DNA of 64,000 nucleotides from Macrostomum lignano (Eukaryota): contig NIVC01003182.1 in assembly GCA_002269645.1 (NCBI GenBank), positions 1-64,000 of the forward strand, read 5' to 3'. Shown piece by piece: positions 11,433-23,289 of the stretch. The notes below the pieces were generated by a model, which was given only the letters and a program-made list of their open reading frames with translations, made no database searches and had not been told where the DNA came from. Made by a program: the position numbers and the translations under genes. Each line of letters begins with the position of its first letter. The first letter of the stretch is position 1.

Positions 11433-13368
11433 ATGTCTTCAAACTACACAGTGAACTGTCTGTTGGACTCTGTAGCCAAAACCTGCGGCGAAGGTCCCTT
11501 CTGGGAGCCGGTCACCAAAACTCTGTACTTTGTTAGCATCGCTGATGGTGAGGTTCACGTGTGGAGTGAGCCGAATAATTACCACAGCACCATCCAGGTG
11601 AGCGGAGCAGAGACCAGCCCAGCGTAAATTGCCTGGCTCTGCGTCGTTGTGGCGGACGATGTCCCCGAAGGCCTTGCACCAGGGTGTCCATACAGCCCTT
11701 CCTGAGAATATCTATTTCTTATTTTCCAGGTGGGTGAACAGCCTGGCAATTTCGTCAGCTTTGTCATCCCGTGCCAGAGTGGCGGCTTCCTAGCCGGAAT
11801 TAACAAGAGCATCGTGCACTGCGACTGGCAGGCTGGAGAGCTGAAACGTCGAGTGCTGCACGAAGTAGATCCTCAGGAGCCTATTAGGTGACTATTAACA
11901 CTTAGTTTAACTCAGAAACGTAAAATGCACATTCTATGTCCATAAACCAATCAATAAGTGACGAAATCGTTAGCGAATATACGCTTACTATTTTAATCAA
12001 ATTAATGCTCCGATAACGTCATCACAGTGCAGAGTCAAAAACTTCAGTATTTGCTGACGAAACTTCCGCAGGTTCAACGACGCCAAATGCGACCCGGCCG
12101 GACGCCTCCTGGCCGGCACGATGAGCCTGGAAAAAGAGGCTGGCTTAGTGATGAAGCCCGGTGCTGGCAGCCTGTTCGGCCTTGACCTGGACGGCTCCAT
12201 CAAGACGCTGGACACAGGATTCTCCCTTAGTAACGGCTTGGGCTGGCATGGCAACACGTTCTACTTCACCGACTCAGTCGCTCGAGTCATCTACGCCTAC
12301 GACTGGGACGCTGAGGCGTTCAGCATCTCGAATCGGCGAGTTGCCATCGACTTCTCGAAGCTGCCCGAGCAGGAGAAGCTCGGCGTGCCGGACGGTCTGG
12401 CTGTGGACGCAGATGGGCGGCTGTGGGTGGCCTGCTTCTTCGGCTCGCGGGTTCTGTGCCTGGACCCGCAGAGTGGCCAGGTGGTCAGCCAGATCCCCAT
12501 GCCTGTGCCCAACGTGACCTCCTGTTGCTTTGGGTCGGACGGAGAGCTGTTTGTGACCACCGCCAACCACTGGGGTGTGCGCGAGGGAGAGCAACCGCCT
12601 CCGCAGGTGGGTTAATTCGTGTATTTGCGGCTTTTGCGTCCCTTCATGTGTGTTATATTCGACGTGTCTTTCTTGAGGTGTCTATCGAGGTGTGTCATTT
12701 TTTAGTTGTGTCTGTGTCTGTGGAGGAGTGTCTTTGTCGATGAGTCTCTTTGTCGAGGAGTGTCTTTGTCGAGAAGTGTCTTTGTCGAGGAGTGTCTTTG
12801 TCGAGGAGTGTCTTTGTCAAGGAGTGTCTATGGAGGTTTTTTTTGTCGAGGAGTGTCTTTGTGGAGGAGTGTCTATGTCACGGTCACGGTGTCTATCAAG
12901 GAGTGTCTTTGTCACGGTGTCTATCAAGGAGTGTCTTTGTCATGGTGTCTATCAAGGAGTATCTTTGTCGCAGTGTCCATCGAGGAATGTCTATATCGAG
13001 ATGTGTGTTTGCCAAGGCTTGTCTTGTCGAGGAATGTCTTTGTCGAGGTGGATCTGTGTCGAGGAGTGTCTTTGTTACGGTGTATCTTTATCTAGGCGTG
13101 TCTTTGTAGAGGAGTGCCATTCTCTAGGTGTGTCTTTGTGTGTAAAATTAGGATTTAAAGGTTGTCTTAAAGGATTAAAAGGGTTAAACGAAATAATCTG
13201 AAGACACTACTAACTGACAAGTTGAGTACTGGCTGGTCGCATGTCAAACGTGAAGCTCCGCCGTCCCATCCGCAGGCCGGCAGCGTCTTCCGCGTCACCG
13301 GACTGGACCGAATTCGCGGAACGCCCAGCGTGATGTACAAAGGCAGCCTGCCCCTCATCAGCGATTAA
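11433..13368 (+). CDS. RGN: Regucalcin/SMP-30/gluconolactonase family, paralog 1 (4 coding exons)
   Basis: Exons 11433-11597, 11730-11887, 12072-12606, 13276-13368; all GT-AG and phase-consistent. Motifs GEGPFW, RFNDAKCDPAGR, SNGLGW, YFTDS, PDGLAVDADGRLWVA, VTSCCFG carry the metal-ligand E/N/N/D set. Confidence 0.92.
12640..13145. repeat. ~16-bp minisatellite (gaggagtgtctttgtc) in the last intron of regucalcin paralog 1
   Basis: Visible degenerate tandem array. Confidence 0.85.
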
Positions 13369-13837
13369 CTGCACCGCTAGAAATGTCCCGCTTAGACTAC
13401 TACTGATGAACATAATAATTACGAGCATAAACAATAAGTAGTGCGTATTTTATGCCAAATACTTGGATTTTTTATAACTTCACAGTCAAGTCATGCAAAT
13501 ATAGCCTAATGCTTTGTGATTTTCTCATTTTTATAGGAAAAACATGTTTATCCTATGTTTAGTGTTTCTGTTTTGAGTTGAATTCAACCAGGAAATTATT
13601 GATCGTTGAAGATCAACTTATTATAGGATTTGGATGCAAGTTCAATATATATATCTGTTGAGAAATGCACAATAAGCGCGTCTTTAACTGTGTTACCTTT
13701 CAAGACAACATTTATTAATACTTTTGCATATTTAGATTATTTGTGTCCTTAATAAATACTTAAAGTACTAGTTTAAACAAGTCCACCAGAATTGTGTCTA
13801 GTCAGGGGATCCTTTTTGACTTTTGACCACGGTTTAT

Positions 13838-14162
13838 GTTAGGGTTTAGTTTAGATTAGGTTTTTATGTTCAGGTTAGGTTTTCCATTTAGGTTAGGGTT
13901 TAGGTTGGGGTTTAGGGTTTAGGTTTATGGTTTAGGTCAGGGTTTAGGGTTAGGGTTTAGGGTTTTGGTTAGAGTTTATAATTTAGGTTGTGGTTTAGGG
14001 TTAGGGTTTAGGGTTTTGGTTAGAGTTTATAATTTAGGTTGTGGTTTAGGGTTAGGGTTTAGGGTTTTGTTTAGAGTTTATAATTTAGGTTGTGGTTTAG
14101 GGTTCAGGTTAGGGTTTATGGTTTATGGTTTAGGTAAGTTAGGGTTTATGGTTTAGGTTTAG
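13838..14162 (+). repeat. Degenerate interstitial telomere-like (TTAGGG/TTTAGG) repeat
   Basis: Runs such as gggtttagggttagggtttagg, with a 53-bp sub-block tandemly repeated about three times (around 13950-14100). Confidence 0.75.
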
Positions 14163-14596
14163 GACTCTCTGTATAAGCTCGTACTAATATCCACTAGCTT
14201 TGCAACAACTGACACAATTTTCCAATAATCTGTAATCAACGACTTGTTTTGATCAGTTCAAGTACTTCGCAGATCAAATTGTTTTTGACGCGCAGTGAAA
14301 ATTTTTTGAGAATTTAACGCATTACTAAAACCATAAAAAAGCAACTTTATGAAATTGTACTGTGGAATAGCAGCTGTTTGTTATAATGATAATTTTTGCA
14401 GGACCGCTGTGGCATCCTGCATATGCTTTCCGCGACATCGTCCCTCAGCCAGTCCGCTCACTTCTGACCTCATGAGTACAAGCTCACCAATATTGTACAG
14501 GCACGCACTCATAAACACGCTCACACGGTGTGTACAGTGGCGCTGATTTTCTAATCTTCAGACATGTACACTCTGTGCTTTGGCTGGGATGTGGGT

Positions 14597-14970
14597 TGTT
14601 TTTTATTTTTATTAGAGGCAAGGGCAGTGTGCACCCTGGCGCACTTCAAGCGACATTGTCGCACAACCGGCGAGAGGCATTACTGCCCATTCCGCCGACT
14701 CCCCTGAGCAGGCACACAAGCGCGCCAATACGAACGCAGTCATACGCACAGGCACACACTCACACAGGAGTGTACAGCGGCCCTGACTTTATTTATCGTT
14801 AGGCATGTCCACTTCACTGTGCCTTGGGGGTTGGCCCTCAAGGCCGTTAACTGCACGAGCAGAGCCAAGCCGAGATTCCAATTTAGCCCCAAATGAATGT
14901 GACTGCACTTGGAATCAAGCCTGGGCCGCTGGCACATCAAAACGCCGCGCCAGACCACTTGGCTACAGCC
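14597..14970 (-). mobile_element. tRNA-derived SINE, copy B
   Basis: Minus-strand A box TAGCCAAGTGG (14965-14955) and B box GGCTTGATTCC (14921-14911). Body is highly similar to 18171-18507. A-rich tail AATAAAAATAAAAAA near 14612-14598. Confidence 0.75.
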
Positions 14971-15395
14971 TAAGGGTATAAGGGTGTCTGAAAGTCAAAA
15001 TAATGAAACTTCAACCAAGCAGCAGGAACCCTGTTTTGCATACCTTTGTGTAAAATAATTTTCGAAGCCAAGCTTTATCTGCATTTTTGTCTCCAGGGTC
15101 CTAAGCATGTCTCAGATTTGGTTTTATCTGCATTTTTGTCTCCAGGGTGCTAAGCATGTCGCAGATTTGGTTTTATCTGCATTTTCGCGTCGCAGTTAAA
15201 GTCGCAGATTTAGCCACCACACCTATGAAAGCTAGTTGAGTCTTAAAGCCTTATCTAATCTGACTGAACAAGCGTTTCTATATGGGACTGTCTTGCAGAC
15301 ATTTTTCTCTGTATAAATTAATTCTTCATTGAATAGCAGTCGTGGTTCCATTAGCCAGCTATAGAGCTGATCAGGGCTTACTAAAGGTCATAAAA

Positions 15396-17294
15396 ATGCC
15401 TTCAAACTACACAGTAAACTGTTTGTTGGACTCTGTAGCCAAAACCGTAGGCGAAGGTCCCTTCTGGGAGCCCGTCACCAAGACTCTGTACTTTGTTAGC
15501 GCCTTTGACGGCGCAGTTCACCTGTGGAGTGAGCCGAATAATTACCACAGCACCATCCAGGTGACCGAAAAGCAGGGCAGCTGTGTCAGCTTCGTCATCC
15601 CCTGTCAGAGTGGTGGTTTCCTAGCTGGCATCAACAACACCATCGTGCACTGCGACTGGCAGGCTGGAGAGCTGAAACGTCGAGTGCTGCGCGAAGTAGA
15701 TCCTCAGGAGCCAATCAGGTGTGAATTAAATTGCGAATGAGCGAAAGCTTCATTGATGATTCACTGATATAACCATTGCTCAGATTCAACGATGCCAAAT
15801 GCGACCCAGCTGGCCGCCTCCTGGCCGGCACGATGAGCTGGGAGAAGGAGGCCGCCGTGTTGATGAAGCCTGAAGCTGGCAGCCTGTTCGGCCTTGACCT
15901 GGACGGCTCCATCAAGAGACTGGACACGGGATTTTCAATCAGCAACGGCTTAGGCTGGCATGGCAACACGTTCTACTTCACCGACTCGCTCGCTCGAGTC
16001 ATCTACGCCTACGACTGGGACGCTGAGGGGTTCAGCATCTCGAATCGGCGAGTTGCTATCGACTTCGCGAAGCTGCCCGAGCAGGAGAAGCTGGGCGTGC
16101 CGGACGGTCTGGCTGTGGATGCAGACGGGCGGCTGTGGGTGGCCTGCTTCTTCGGCTCGCGGGTTCTGTGCCTGGACCCGCAGAGTGGCCAGGTGGTCAG
16201 CCAGATCCCCATGCCTGTGCCCAACGTGACCTCCTGCTGCTTTGGGTCGGACGGAGAGCTGTTTGTGACCACCGCCAACCACTGGGGTGTGCGCGAGGGA
16301 GAGCAGCCGCCTCCGCAGGTGCGTGTTGTGGTTTTTACATGAAATCGATTGTGGGTTTGGGTTTGTTGTGTGAGTGCGTTCGTATGGTTCGGTTAGTTAT
16401 CTGTGTTTTTTGGATATGGGTTGTTTGGTCTTTGTTCAGTTTGTCTCTGTTGAGCTTGTGTTGTGCTTTGTTGAGTTTGTGTCTTTGTTGAGCTTGTGTC
16501 TGATGAGCTTGTGTCTGATGAGCTTGTGTCTGATGGGCTTGTGTCTTTGTTGAGCTTGTGTCTGATGAGCTTGTGTCTGATGAGCTTGTGTCTGATCAGC
16601 TTGTGTCTGATCAGCTTGTGTCTTTGTTGAGCTTGTGTCTGATGAGCTTGTGTCTGATCAGCTTGTGTCTTTGTTGAGCTTGTGTCTGATGAGCTTGTGT
16701 CTGATCAGCTTGTGTCTGATCAGCTTGTGTCTGATCAGCTTGTGTCTTTGTTGAGCTTGTGTCTGATGAGCTTGTGTCTGATCAGCTTGTGTCTGATGAG
16801 CTTGTGTCTTTGTTGAGCTTGTGTCTTTGTTGAGCTTGTGTCTGATGAGCTTGTGTCTGTTGAGCTTGTGTCTTTGTTGAGCTTGTGTCTGTTGAGCTTG
16901 TGTCTTTGTTGAGCTTGTGTCTGTTGAGCTTGTGTCTTTGTTGAGCTTGTGTCTTTGTTGAGCTTGTGTCTTTGTTGAGCTTGTGTCTGATGAGCTTGTG
17001 TCTGATGAGCTTGTGTCTGATGAGCTTGTGTCTGATGAGCTTGTGTCTGATGAGCTTGTGTCTGATGAGCTTGTGTCTGATGAGCTTGTGTCTGATGAGC
17101 TTGTGTCTGTTGAGCTTGTGTCTTTGTGACTCCCCCAGTCCGGGTTTAATATTCTGTGTTCGAAGTGTCGACTGCTCTGCTGCTCCGCCGTCCATCCGCA
17201 GGCCGGCAGCGTCTTCCGCGTGACCGGACTGGACGGAATTCGCGGAACGCCCAGCGTGATGTACAAAGGCAGCCTGCCCCCCATCAGCGATTAA
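15396..17294 (+). CDS. RGN: Regucalcin/SMP-30 family, paralog 2 (3 coding exons)
   Basis: Exons 15396-15718, 15784-16318, 17202-17294; phase-consistent GT-AG; same catalytic motifs as paralog 1. Confidence 0.92.
16440..17126. repeat. 15/18-bp minisatellite (gagcttgtgtctgat / gagcttgtgtctttgtt) in the last intron of paralog 2
   Basis: Visible tandem array with interleaved 15- and 18-bp variants. Confidence 0.95.
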
Positions 17295-17839
17295 CTGCAC
17301 CGCTAGAATTGTCCCTCTTAGACTACTACTGATAAACAATATATTTATAAGTAGGAAGTTTCGCATATTTAACGATTTACCAAATATCTTTATGTATTTA
17401 CAAGGCAGTCCTTATTTGTTATGATTGGATTAAAGCGTATGAAATGTATAAAATAATGAACCATTTTCTACACCACTAAAAATCGCTTGCTAATAAGCAA
17501 AATAACAATTTTAATAATCGAATTAATGCAGTTTTTGAAAAAATCTAATTTTACATGCATTGTTAAATTTCTAGTAGTCTGTAAGTTCCTTATGAAGAAT
17601 TTAAAACTGTTTTTTATAACTTTTAGTAGTTTCTTCCAAGGTCAGCATCAGCTTCAGAGGACCAACAACCCGTGATTTTAAATCACCATATATTGTTTAG
17701 TGTCACGGTTATTCTCTGCTCTAAAGTCTTATGTTAACTAGAAATGCGTTTTTCGAACCTCTAGATTGTTAATCCGCTGCCAAGTTGGTCAAAAATGATA
17801 AATTCGAAACCATTTCAGAGCTCGACATAAGCTATAAAA

Positions 17840-19906
17840 ATGTCTTCAAACTACACAGTGAACTGTCTGTTGGACTCCGTAGCCAAATCCCTAAGCGAAG
17901 GTCCATTCTGGGAGCCGGTCACCAAGACTTTGTACTTCGTCAGCATCTTCGAAGGTGAGGTGCACCTGTGGAATGAGCCGAATAATTATCACAGCACTGT
18001 CAAGGTGAGCGAGCAGCCTGTGAGCTTTGTCATCCCGTGTCAGAGTGGCGGCTTTCTAGCTGGGGCCGGCAAGAGCATCGTGCACTGCGACTGGCAGGCT
18101 GGAGAGCTGAAGCGTCGAGTGCTGCACGAAGTAGATCCCGAACTGTCGAACAGGTGGGTTGGCAGTGTGAGGGCGATGTAGCCTAGTGGTCCAATGCGGC
18201 GCTCTGATGTACCAGCAGCCGAGGCTCGATTCCAAGTGCAGTCACATTCATTTGGGGCTAAATTGGAATCTCGGCTTGGCTCTGCTCGTGCAGTTAACGG
18301 CCTTGAGGGCCAACCCCCAAGGCACAGTGAAGTGTACATGCCTAACGATAAATAAAGTCAGGGCCGCTGTGCACTCCTGCGTGAGTGTGTGCCTGTGCGT
18401 ATGACTGCGTACGTAACCGCGCGCTTGTGTGCCTGCTCAGGGGAGTCGGTGGAATGGGCAGCAATGCCTCTCGCCGGTTTGTGTGACAATGTCGCTAGAA
18501 GTACGCCGTCAAGACCGGTTCTCCACCAAGCGTCAATCCAATAGTTACGTTCGTTAAGCCACTAATTAAAGTTCGACTAACTGCTTTCGAGCAGCACAAA
18601 CGTTTCTCAAAAAGCCCGACGGGTCTTTTATGACGTCATCCTGTTAGCTAGTATAGTAGGTGCCCTGATTAGTTTACGACGACGTTAAAGACGTAGGATG
18701 ACGTCATGATGAGGCATCAAAGAGCTGTGATTAACTGACGAAACTTCCGCAGGTTCAACGACGCCAAATGCGACCCAGCCGGACGCCTCCTGGCCGGCAC
18801 GATGAGCCTGGAGACGAACGCTGGCGCCATTATGAAACCGAACGCTGGCAGCCTGTTCGGCCTTGACTTGTGTGGCTCCATCAAGACGATGGAGACGGGA
18901 GTTTCACTTAGCAACGGCTTGGGCTGGCATGGCAACACGTTCTACTTCACCGACTCACCCGTCCGAACCATCTACGCTTATGACTGGGACGCTGAGGGGT
19001 TCAGCATCTCGAATCGGCGAGTTGCTATCGATTTCTCAAAGCTGCCCGAGCAGGAGAAGCTCGGGTTTCCGGACGGTCTGGCTGTGGATGCAGATGGGCG
19101 GCTGTGGGTGGCCTGCTTTTACGGCTCGCGGGTTCTGTGCCTGGACCCGCAGAGTGGCCAGGTGGTCAGCCAGATCCCCATGCCTGTGCCCAACGTGACG
19201 TCTTGCTGCTTTGGGTCGGACGGAGAGCTGTTTGTGACCACCGCCAACCAATGGGGTGTGCGCGATGGAGAGCAGCCGCCTCCGCAGGTGCGTGTTGTGG
19301 TTTTTACATGAAATCGATTGTGTGACGGGCTCTGGGTGGGTTTGAATGGTTTTCTTGGTTCCCTGTGTTCTTTTTTGATATGTGTGTGTTTGTTGAGTTT
19401 GTGTCTTTGTTGAGCTTGTGTCAATCTTTGTTGAGCTTGTGTCGATCTTTGTTGAGCTTGTGTCTTTGTTGAGCTTGTGTCTTTGTTGAGCTTGTGTCTT
19501 TGTTGAGCTTGTGTCTTTGTTGAGCTTGTGTCTTTGTTGAGCTTGTGTCTTTGTTGAGCTTGTGTCTTTGTTGAGCTTGTGTCTTTGTTGAGCTTGTGTC
19601 TTTGTTGAGCTTGTGTCTTTGTTGAGCTTGTGTCTTTGTTGAGCTTGTGTCTTTGTTGAGCTTGTGTCTTTGTTGAGCTTGTGTCTTTGTTGAGCTTATG
19701 TCGATCTTTGTTCAGCTTGCGTCTTTGTTGAGCTTGTGTCTTTGTTAAGCTTGTCTCTTTGTTGAGCTTGTGTCTTTGTTAAGCTTGTGTGAAGCTTCAC
19801 CGTCCACCCGCAGGCCGGCAGCATTTTTCGCGTGACCGGACTCGACGGAATTCGCGGAACGCCTAGCGTGATGTACAAAGGCAGCCTGCCCCCCATCAGC
19901 GATTAA
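17840..19906 (+). CDS. RGN: Regucalcin/SMP-30 family, paralog 3 (3 coding exons)
   Basis: Exons 17840-18153, 18753-19287, 19814-19906; phase-consistent GT-AG; motifs SEGPFW, RFNDAK, SNGLGW, PDGLAVD. Confidence 0.92.
18171..18507 (+). mobile_element. tRNA-derived SINE, copy A, inside intron 1 of regucalcin paralog 3
   Basis: A box TAGCCTAGTGG (18179-18189) and B box-like GGCTCGATTCC (18223-18233). Body is the reverse-complement match of 14638-14970. Confidence 0.75.
19390..19790. repeat. 18-bp minisatellite (ctttgttgagcttgtgt) in the last intron of paralog 3
   Basis: Homogeneous tandem array of the same family as in paralog 2. Confidence 0.95.
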
Positions 19907-21674
19907 CTGCCGCTTGAAATGTCCCTCTTTGACTACTAGTAATCATGTATGTAGTGCATATATTGTGCCAAAAATTTATTTCTTCTAAAATTCCATACGT
20001 TTTGTTTAACGCACTCTGGTTTTGTTTCCATAGCGACGATCAACCACTTAAAAAATAAAATTCAGTATGTCTGCTCTGCGCTGCCACTAGGTGTAGCTTT
20101 GATAAAATATTTCAATTTTTTGTGACTGCTTTTTTGTATAGATGATTTCTAATTGAAAAATCCAGTAAAGACAATAGTTAAAAGCTAAAAGCTAAAATTT
20201 GAGGTGTGAGATTTTTCGCTTGGAGACACCTCAATGGACTGAGTCATTTTCGGCTGAAAACAGGCATAATACCTCTGCTCTGTTGATTTCGAATATTCGA
20301 ATGGACATTCTGGACTTGGCTTGCAAAAGCGTCGGTGAGGAAACGCAGTCGAATTTATAAAGTCGGAAGGGGTCACCTGGACTGGCGAGGGAGCGAAACT
20401 GCATGGCAGCAACGCGTCCAGGCTGTGGTCCGTTCCTTTGCTGGATCTGAACAAAGTCCAGACCACCTTCTCAACTGTTATTCACATGAACAGAAGGCCC
20501 GGCTACCACTGTCTGGTAGAGATCGCCGACTGTGACACCTTCAAGACCATGGGGATGCAGATTCTGGAATGGAACTACCTGGCTCCCAACTCCGCTCATT
20601 TTTCACCTCAAGTGTCGCTTGAATACCAATTGGGTACTGTCTGGCTGTGGACTGGAGTGGCAGCACTGGCAACCTGACCCAGTCCATTGACGTAGTTGAA
20701 TCGGCTATCGGCTTCAGCACCAACATGTTGAATGTGGACGATCTGCTCCCGAGTGTTCAAGTTTACCAACTAGTTCATATTTTACACTTGGACAGCGAAG
20801 GCTGAAGGTTGGTAAAAATTTTGCTCGTTCCTCAATATTTTGATCAATTAATCATCAATTAATGAATTCTATTGCTTGCTGAGTTTAATCCTAATTTCAC
20901 TAGGATTAATATTACAAACTCTGAGTAACCCTTGACAACGGACAATGGAAGGGTGAGCGAACCACGTACTGTATTCTTTCATCGGTAGGGATCATTGTGA
21001 GCAATATTACAGCAATACAATGTCAAGACACCTCAAATTTTGTTTTCTTAGGAGTAGACACACGTAATTTTATTAGTTTAACTTTGTTTTTCTGAGCTAT
21101 AATAGAAAAGTTAAGTTTTTTCTGGGGTCTAAAAATCGAATGACGAGTTTTCGAAATTAATTGCAGTTTTGTTAAAATTGAACGAAAACATTTTAACAGA
21201 ATATAAAGTTTCAAAAAGTTCAATTAGAATTAAAAGTCAATTAGGGTCAATTAAAGTCAATTAAAAGTCAATAAAATTATTTGAATCTGCAATAAAATTA
21301 AACTTGAATCTGCATCGTTTATTTTTGTCAGCCTAAGAGCCATTTAGATCTTTTATAGGACGTTGTCAACTAAAATATGTTTAGTTTGCATTTTTAGGTC
21401 TCTGACTGTTTTTACCCTGGCTGCCTCTAAGGCGGCTTTCTCGGGTTGTGCACAATCCAATTGGCCTAGCTCTCGCTAGCCCAATCCAAAAGTGTCCTCA
21501 CCGGAGGTGATGTACACAGCTAAAAATAGCCCTTCTTACTAGCAATCTTCGCCCCCCGTTTGGGGGGACATCTGGATAGAATCTCTGTTCTCTACAAGTA
21601 ACAAAAAGACATCCAAATAAAGCCTTTACAAAGACAACACAAAATACTCAAATGAAGTGCAATGCAAAAAGAAA

Positions 21675-21942
21675 TCATCCCAAGACAGCAAGCATCCCCC
21701 AGATAGCAAGCATCCCCCAGATAGAAAGCATCCCCCAGATAGAAAGCATCCCCCAGATAGCAAGCACCCCCCAGATAGAAAGCATCCCCCAGATAGCAAG
21801 CACCCCCCAGATAGAAAGCATCCCCCAGATAGCAAGCACCCCCCAGATAGAAAGCATCCCCCAGATAGCAAGCACCCCCCAGATAGAAAGCATCCCCCAG
21901 ATAGCAAGCACCCCCCAGATAGAAAGCATCCCCCAGATAGCA
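21675..21942. repeat. 21-bp tandem repeat (cccccagatagaaagcatc / cccccagatagcaagcacc)
   Basis: About 12 alternating units, visible directly. Confidence 0.95.
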
Positions 21943-23289
21943 TAGCCCTTCTTATTTCGTGCATTCCAATTAGTTTTTTGGCCCTCGGCCTTGGTTTAGG
22001 GGTGTACCTGGAGTGAGTGCGTACTCTGGACTGCAGTGTGGCAGAACGGGACTTGAGCCCCCGGTTGCACCCGCCCTGCAGGAAAGAAATGACCATTCAC
22101 AAAGGTGTACGGTAGAGCCCAGTAGCATGCCAGTCCTGAGGCTGAGCCCCTGAGGTTGTGTGATCCTCCCAAGTTTTATTCCCAATGTTTTATTCCCCGG
22201 TTTTATCTTGGCACTTGAGCCACCCAATTAGTTGGAGTTTATCGATTTCGCCTCGGTGAGCATGCTCCATAGCCTTGGTCAATCCGCTGGCTTCTCTGGA
22301 AGTTCCCTGCCTTTGTGTCTCTGGCTCTCATCCTGACAGTGGAATGGAGTCCTGGGTTGGATGTTCGTCCCGTACCGGAGATACCGGCTGAGTCCGGGTC
22401 CTCTTGCCCGGGGGCAGTGCCCCATTCCCGACCCCTTGGCCTGGCCCCCAGTATAGAGCTGGATAGATGACACCCTTGTGGCTTGCAGCCCTATAGGTAG
22501 TTGCTATATCCTGCCTGATAGGAGACTCGCCCTCGGATACAAGCCTTCCAGACTCACTCCAATAGCTAGCTTTGCTTCAGCAATGCTCCAATTGTTTAGA
22601 GCTGGGCAGTGAAAAAGCCTTGAGGCTCGCAGCCCTAGGGGTGGTTCTTGGCCCTCTGGTAGGAGACTCGCCCTTGGTAAATAAGCTGCCCAGACTCGCT
22701 CCAATTAATTTTAGCCTTTTCCGTAGACTTCGGTGTCTCATCGCTCTTTGACCGCTTTCAGTAGTAACCCAAGCTTTTTTCAATTCCAATTTTTCGCGCA
22801 CACCCAAAGACTTGTCTGCTGGGTGGGGGTCTGGGTGGACTCGGTCCTAACACCGTCCCTGATTCCACTTTTGGGTTGGCGGTGTCTTAGTCCATAGGCT
22901 TGGGTTAGTATGCTCCATTCTCTCCCCAGAGTCCTGAGCTCTGGTTCCAATAGTGGCCTCTCGGGCTTAAAGCCCCTGGTAGTATGGCCCACAGCAAGAT
23001 CCATGCGGCAGAGCCCCCTTAGGGCTGAACCGCGGGCAGCGCTTCTCCTCCCACCCCCGTTTAACAACAAACAAAAATATTTCCGATCACTCGCACCCAG
23101 GATGCTGTGATAAAAATGAGACTGCAATCGAGTATTCTTGATACTCGATTACACGATTGCTTGATCTGTTCCGGATTTGAAAGTAAATAAAATCTTTGAC
23201 GATAATTACACAGGTTCCATCTCTAGATTATGTCAGCTTGACTTCCGTCTTATTATTTCACTAATACTACTACTACTACTACTACTACT

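Noticed and set aside
16500-17100. CTGATGAG (hammerhead core) in each minisatellite unit
   Set aside because: There is no stem II-GAAA partner or NUH geometry; it is a coincidental sub-string of the repeat.
18171-18240. Possible tRNA gene
   Set aside because: A and B boxes are present, but no convincing cloverleaf, and the sequence continues into a shared 270-bp body, so it was called a SINE head.
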